Below, piece after piece: positions 20,636-26,196 of a stretch of DNA of 26,196 bases. The position numbers were made by a program, and so were the translations under genes. A model generated the notes under the pieces. It was not told the origin of the DNA, ran no database searches, and worked only from the letters and a program-made list of their open reading frames with translations. How positions within the stretch are numbered: position 1 is the stretch's first letter; the number at the start of each line of letters is the position of its first letter. Source of the stretch: Octopus sinensis (taxonomy: Eukaryota); assembly GCF_006345805.1 (NCBI RefSeq), contig NW_021835577.1:1-26196 (forward strand). Direction: 5' to 3'.

Positions 20636-20846
20636 GGTGTGTGTGTGTGTGCGCGCGCGGTGCGGTGGGGGTGTATATGTGCGGTGTGTGTGTGTGTGTA
20701 TGTGTGCGGTGTGTGTGTGTGTATGTGTGCGGTGTGTGTGTGTATGTGTGCGGTGTGTATATGTGTGTGGTGTGTGTGTGCGTGTGTGTGCGGTGTGTGT
20801 GCAGTGTGTGTGTGTGTGAGTGTGTGTGCGGTGTATGTGTGTGTGT
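20636..20846. repeat. (TG)n tract punctuated by GCGG (~20-bp higher-order unit)
   Basis: Repeated gtgtgtgtgtgtatgtgtgcg. Confidence 0.9.
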
Positions 20847-20974
20847 ATTTATACTTTTACAACTGTATGAACGTATGTTATAAATGGAATGAATATGTGT
20901 ATATATATGTTATGTATACATATATACGTCAGTGCGTATGTATGTATTTATGTATTTGTATGTGTGTACACCAC

Positions 20975-21600
20975 ACAACGAGATTGACAGGTTTTAACAA
21001 AGGTATTATTAACGTAAAGCTTGAAAGCAAATGGAAATAGTCTTTAATGTTTCGAACACTAATCCCTAATCAGAAAAGAGAAAAGGAAGGAGAAAAGATG
21101 GTGGGGGAGAAACGGAGAGAAAAAGTATGAGGGTCAGGTGGGAATGCGGTTTTATTGGTAGGAGTTGAGAAGAGAGGAAGAGACGGGGTGGTGTGTAAAT
21201 GTTTAAGGAGATGGAGATGGATATGGGGGAGGTGTGTGAGCAGTGTGAAGTGCGGTTGGTTGGTTGGTTGGTTGGTACTGATGTGCAAACAGCGGTATGC
21301 GGGTGTTTGCGGGATGCGGGTGTCTGTAGATGTGTAAAAGTGTGGAATAGAACGGTGGGTGGGAAGGTGAAAAAGTATGAAAGTGACATAGATCAGAAGA
21401 AAGGGTGGCGGAGGAAGAGTAAGTAGGAAAAGTAAGGAAGAAAACAGTGTGGTGATGTGAAAGGATACTAAAAAGGTACAGGTTCAAGGTGGGTGGGCAG
21501 TAGAACAGTGAAGATGTGTTTAGTATCCGAAGAAAAAGCAGTTAAATGTGCAAGAAAAAGTAAAGATGTTTTGAAAAAGGATATGAAAAAGTGTGAAAAT
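20975..21600 (-). mobile_element. Probable Penelope-like pLTR/UTR relic with degenerate hammerhead (21042-21078)
   Basis: Pyrimidine-rich minus strand leading to cttttCTGATTAgggattagtgttcGAAAcattaaagac. 20985-21078 is colinear with 21988-22082. Confidence 0.5.
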
Positions 21601-21647
21601 ATTTTTAAAAGATTTTGAAAGTTTCGCCTGTTATGGGAACATGAACT

Positions 21648-21689
21648 CCCATACCAAGTAATTTCAGTCTACTGGATTTCATCAGTGGG
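21648..21689 (-). ncRNA. Type I hammerhead ribozyme motif
   Basis: Minus strand reads ccca-CTGATGA-aatc-cagta-gact-GAAA-ttacttg-GTA-tggg: stem I CCCA/TGGG, intact core, GUA triplet, weak stems II and III. Confidence 0.6.
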
Positions 21690-21782
21690 TGGCATCCGGT
21701 TTATGCACCAAGCGCCTCTATGAGAGCATCTCTTAACGCTAATAACGCAGTATTCCTTTCTAACAACAAATCCATAAGTTGG

Positions 21783-21867
21783 ATATATATACATATTATA
21801 TATACATATGTATATATATATATATTATATATATATATATATATATATTAATATATATATATATATG

Positions 21868-21924
<57 letters not shown>

Positions 21925-21959
21925 TATTATATATATATATATATATATACATATATATA
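21783..21959. repeat. (TA)n microsatellite
   Basis: Seen directly. Confidence 0.95.
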
Positions 21960-22135
21960 GTTGAAATTTATAGAAAGATAAGACGAAGACAGGTGTATGA
22001 ACAACAAGCAGGTGTATTAGTTTGTCACTTGGGAAAGTTATAAAGTCTTTAACGTTTCGGGTCTACGCTCTTCAACAGAAAGGAATAAGAAAAAAATTAA
22101 CAGAGAGAGAATTTTTTTTAATTGTAGATTTAGCG
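21960..22135 (-). mobile_element. Penelope-like pLTR fragment with variant hammerhead (22047-22082)
   Basis: Minus strand reads cttt-CTGTTGA-agagcgtagaccc-GAAA-cgtt-aaag: stem I CTTT/AAAG and palindromic AACGTT as at 4863. Confidence 0.6.
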
Positions 22136-22139
22136 GTCA

Positions 22140-22480
22140 GATTGAGAACCGTGCCAACCGCCGAACTAGACGGTACTAGATTGCACCAAAATCCCATCTT
22201 TTCCATCTAGAATAAGGACCCAGTACGGTAACAAGTTGGGTTACAAGGGTGCCCAACTAATCAACATTCTGCCCAACAACCTCAGAAATTCGTGAGGTGT
22301 AGATGTGGAGATCTTCAAAGAAGAACAAATTTTTCGTCTGAAATACCAGATGAGGTCACATCGCGGCAGGGGTCACAAAGAACAGCAACTCTGTACAATT
22401 CACCACTTCTGCAGAAGCAGTACAGAAAAGAAACCCTACCACACGAAAAGGCGGTGCACCTGCATGGCCTCAGCTCCGAA

Positions 22481-22483
<3 letters not shown>
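22140..22483 (+). mobile_element. Decayed 3' end of a CR1/L2-group LINE (ORF2 C-terminus + 3' tail)
   Basis: Translation KIPSFPSRIRTQYGNKLGYKGAQLINILPNNLRNS*GVDVEIFK / SSEIPDEVTSRQ fits the G..LFN.LP..LR....V..FK..LD.FL..IPDEP terminal pattern. Tail aaggcggtgcacctgcatggcctcag. Confidence 0.75.
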
Positions 22484-22485
<2 letters not shown>

Positions 22486-22547
<62 letters not shown>

Positions 22548-22559
22548 CGAGAGAGAGAG
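22486..22559. repeat. (TA)n(GA)n microsatellite
   Basis: Seen directly. Confidence 0.95.
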
Positions 22560-24273
22560 TAAAGTTAAGTAAAGTAGAATGTAAAGCAGATTGAACTTGG
22601 AAGCGTGTAGCTGCGAAATGAATTCCTCAACCGCACACAACCTTGTCTGTCTTCATCTGCAGAGATTGGTGATTCCTGTAAGGATCTGTGTACAGCATCA
22701 TTCTTCAAGTTATGTTGCTTATCAATATAAATACAATCTATTGGAACCAGCAATCCTTAATAGTCAATAAAAATATTGATTGAAACCATTCTGGTTCCCC
22801 ACCACCGCCACCATTTTTTTGTCTTTTGTAGTCAATATATATTTAGTATTTCATAATCATAACTTTTCCTTGTAGTGTTCCTGCATTTACCAAAGAAACA
22901 AACAAAAAAAAGTAGATCACTTGACATTTTAAAATATGATTCTATTTTTCAACCATGAGATAAATATATCCATTCAAGTATCAACCAATAGAATCAGGTC
23001 TTTGACATTTCCTTACTTCCATTTTAAAGCTGAGTGTCAACTGTCCTTAATAAAGAGCATTTTGGATTTTTGTTTTTCGTCTTTTTTTTTTTTTTTGTTT
23101 AAGTACCTTTTAAAAAATTTTTCTCTGGTGATTCAATATTGAAATATGTTCACTCGGAAATTATTAACTGGAAAACAGTTTTGCTTCGTAGTTCATAATC
23201 AATATTTTTCTGCAGTTTCAATAAATAATAACTGAATTGCGAAACCGATCAAACTTGTACAACGATTAATTATTAAAGATTCCTATTTTACGAATTTTTA
23301 TTGAAATTTCATTAATCGAGAAACGTACTTTCTGCCAGAGAGTGAGAAAATCAGTAAATGTAATATGTCGTTGGTGCAGTTTACCAAAATAATATTGAAC
23401 AAAACCAATTGAATTAAACAACATCTGTACACTCAAAATTATCCAGTTTATTTTCGCAGGAAAATTGGTACCTTAAAAATAAGTCTCTGATTATAAAAAT
23501 TTCTTTCTTTTATTTTAAACTGGACGACATAAGCGCTAAGAGTCAATACTTGCGAATTCTTTTCCGTTAGATTTATTCTCTTTTCGAAATTTTCCACGTT
23601 GTTTTTCACTCATCGATTTTATTTTCAAAACTGATTCCAGATCTTTGCATATTTAGCGAGAGCCAACTTGCTTCTTTAGTAAATCTTAAGACATCGTTTT
23701 TGAAACAATGTGTGTCATTGACCTCTCTTTATACCCACAATCTTTGGATATTCCAAGAATGTACTTAAAATATTTCTTGTAAGATTGTGTCCTCCTCAGA
23801 CGATGGACTTTGACCGAATGATAAGTCGGGACATGTGGTGGAGTGTACACCGTCTAAGGGAGGCAAATTATCGATGGCTGTCAATTAATTCTGCCGCATA
23901 TATTTGCCTGAATGTTTTTGTTTTTTGTTTTTTTCCTGTGTTTTCAATTTTCCTCTCTCATCTACTTTAAAGATTTCCCTTCGTTTGATTACAGACCACT
24001 GCACTGAAGTGGCTGACGAGAGCGGAAATGAATTCATAGAAAAGAAACGACAACGTGGAAGATATAAATGTAAAAGAAAATGGGAAAGGAAGGGGGGGGG
24101 TAAGCGGGACAGAGAGAGAGAAGTAAAGATGAATAGAGAGACAGTGAGGGAGAGAGGGAGAGAAAGGTAGAGATGTTGATGTAGATGAAGGTTATCACTG
24201 TCTCATTTCCATTCGTCTGGTCGTTTATTTATGACAAAGTCGGTCAGAAAATAGTTGTGAACTCATAGCTATT

Positions 24274-24537
24274 GGGGGGGAAGCACTCCGTCGGTTACGA
24301 CGACGAGGGTTCTGGTTGACCCGAATCAACGGAACAGCCTGCTCGTGAAATTAACGTGCAAGTGGCTGAGCACTCCACAGACACGTGTACCCTTAACGTA
24401 GTTCTCGGGGATATTCAGCGTGACACAGAGAGTGACAAGGCCGGCCCTTTGAAATACAGGCACAACAGAAACAGGAAGTAAGAGTGAGAGAAAAGTTGTG
24501 GTGAAAGAGTACAGCAGGGATCACCACCATCCCCTGC
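24274..24537 (-). mobile_element. SINE C3, 5'-truncated, 12-bp TSD
   Basis: Reverse complement of ~18892-19150. TSD ctcatagctatt at 24262-24273 and 24538-24549. Confidence 0.93.
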
Positions 24538-24656
24538 CTCATAGCTATTATACGCAACGAGAAGTGTTTCCACAGAAGCCATCTCTGCTTCGAACGCACG
24601 CAGCCAACAATCCGAAGTGCATTTGTGTAAAGTGATGTTAGACACAAGTGAAGAAT

Positions 24657-25055
24657 TACTCTCTTTACTCTTTTACTTGTTTTAGTCATCTGACTGCGGC
24701 CATGCTGGAGCACCGCCTTTAATCGAGCAACTCGACCCTGGGACTTATTCTTTTGTAAGCCCAGTACTTATTATATCGGTCTCTTTTGCCGAACCGCTAA
24801 GTGACGGGGACGTAAACACACCAGCATCGGTTATCAAGCGATGTTGGGGGGAAACACAGACACACAAATATATACACACACACATACATGTATACATATG
24901 ACGGGCTTCTTTCAGTTTCCGTCTACCAAATCCACTCACAAGGCTTTGGTCAGCCCAAGGCTATAGTAGAAGACACTTGCCCAAGGTGCCACACAGTGGG
25001 ACTGAACCTGGAACCATGTGGTTCGTAAGCAAGCTACTTACCACATAGCCACTGC
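24657..25055 (-). mobile_element. SINE family A, near full length
   Basis: Reverse complement is colinear with 978-1385. Confidence 0.93.
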
Positions 25056-25303
25056 GGATTTGATTAAGAATTTTCGTCATTGGTATTTATTAATGAAATA
25101 AATCTTCCAATAATTCTTAGAACCTGGGGCTTTAAATTGGATACAAGTTCTATAAATGCTCACTTTCCTTCAGGAAATACACATACACACATAGTCTTGC
25201 ACAAAATTCAGGTTGAGAGCATTTGAGGAAAGGAGTTGCAGCCATGGCTTTCGTGGGCCCACCATATCTGTGAAATTTAGAGGAAAAGGATTGCAACCTT
25301 ACC

Positions 25304-25528
25304 TATTTCTTTACACAAGGGGCTAAACATAGAGAGGACAAACAAGGACAGACAAACGGATTAAGTCGATTATATCGACCCCAGTGCGTAACTGGTACTT
25401 ATTTAATCGACCCCGAAAGGATGAAAGGCAAAGTCGACCTCGGCGGAATTTGAACTCAGACCGTAACGGCAGACGAAAATCGCTTAGCATTTCGTCCGGC
25501 GTGCTAACGGTTCTGCCAGCTCGACCTT
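25304..25528 (-). mobile_element. SINE family B1
   Basis: Colinear with 7199-7431. Confidence 0.92.
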
Positions 25529-25544
25529 CGAGCTCAAAGACCAG

Positions 25545-26000
25545 TGAGAGTGATGCTGGACTACTGCATGCGGACAGTGGCAGGAAAAATATGTGCAGGT
25601 ATGTAACCCCAGCAGGTCAATGTTCAGGGGAAGAAGGATTGGGTATAGTGGTGAAAGTGGGGGTGGCACCACAAAAGGAGAGGAGATGAGTAAGTCGTAG
25701 GTACCTGAGAGGATATGGTGTAAGAGCAGTGGCCGCTGTAGTAGCGGTAGAAATGGCAGTGTGAGGATACACAGCGGCGCATCTGCGGTCCAGGGTTTGA
25801 GGTGTGTTAGTGAGAGAGTCAGAAACGGGTGGCCTCTCTTTAAATGAGATATAAAATGGGTGTGTACTGTATACAGCACCAGTTCTCACTTAGATGACGG
25901 AGCAGGACATAGTTGTGAGTCTTGCGGAAGTGGTTGCAAGAAACAAAAGAATTTTTGAATTCTGAATAGGAAAACCAGCTTTTGAGATATCAACAGAAAA
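25545..26000 (-). mobile_element. Decayed LINE ORF2 C-terminal region (CR1/Jockey group)
   Basis: Minus-strand fragments KLVFLFRIQKFF, SLTNTPQTLDRR, CHFYRYYSGHCS and HYTQSFFP*T..WGYIPAHIFPAT match the post-RT motifs L.FL.R...F, L..L..RR, FYRYY.G.CS and SFFPRT..LWN.LP...FP. Confidence 0.72.
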
Positions 26001-26094
26001 GGCCCTCAACGTTGGTGAGAGTATTTAAAGCGATCGGGAAAGTTCTAGTTACATACTACCAATATGGCAGCGACATACGATAGCGTTTTCTGGA

Positions 26095-26196
26095 TACATG
26101 GTAAGAAGCTTGCTTCCCAACCCCATGGTTCTGGGTTCAGTCCAACCGCGTGGCACCTTGGGAAAATGTCTTCTACTGTTGCTTCGGGCCGACTAA
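26095..26196 (+). mobile_element. SINE family A head (runs off the window)
   Basis: ggtaagaagcttgcttcccaaccccatggttctgggttcagtcc...ccttgggaaaatgtcttc. Confidence 0.88.

Noticed and set aside
22148-22169. Helitron 3'-end look-alike (ccgtgccaaccgccgaactag)
   Set aside because: The hairpin is poor, the CTAG is not followed by T, and the sequence reads in frame as part of the LINE ORF2 relic.
22565-22753. 62-aa minus-strand ORF as a possible exon
   Set aside because: No recognisable motif, and the length is within chance expectation.

Overview
AT-rich, repeat-saturated eukaryotic DNA with no convincing intact host gene. It is intergenic or deep intronic, and the SINE/microsatellite repertoire suggests a cephalopod (Octopus-like) genome, which is an inference. 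The window holds more than 20 tRNA-derived SINE copies from at least five modular head/core/tail combinations (labelled A-E here). It also holds decayed ORF2 fragments of four LINE types (R4/Dong-like, Tx1/L1-like, two CR1/Jockey-group), a fragmented Tigger/pogo transposase, a Tigger-type MITE, a complete non-autonomous Helitron, a 10-bp minisatellite and many microsatellites. Nearly all ORF-track entries are simple-repeat or SINE artefacts. The most striking object is a 330-bp element at 4615-4944 flanked by a 10-bp TSD. It combines a tRNA-like Pol III promoter, an (AAT)n linker, a minimal hammerhead ribozyme with a palindromic helix III, and a Penelope-style inverted terminal segment, so it is a candidate Pol III retrozyme or Penelope-mobilised SINE. 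It is present twice as part of a ~430-bp inverted duplication. Several further hammerhead-like motifs lie at 5.4, 9.2 and 21.0-22.1 kb. All family assignments come from manual motif reading, not database searches.
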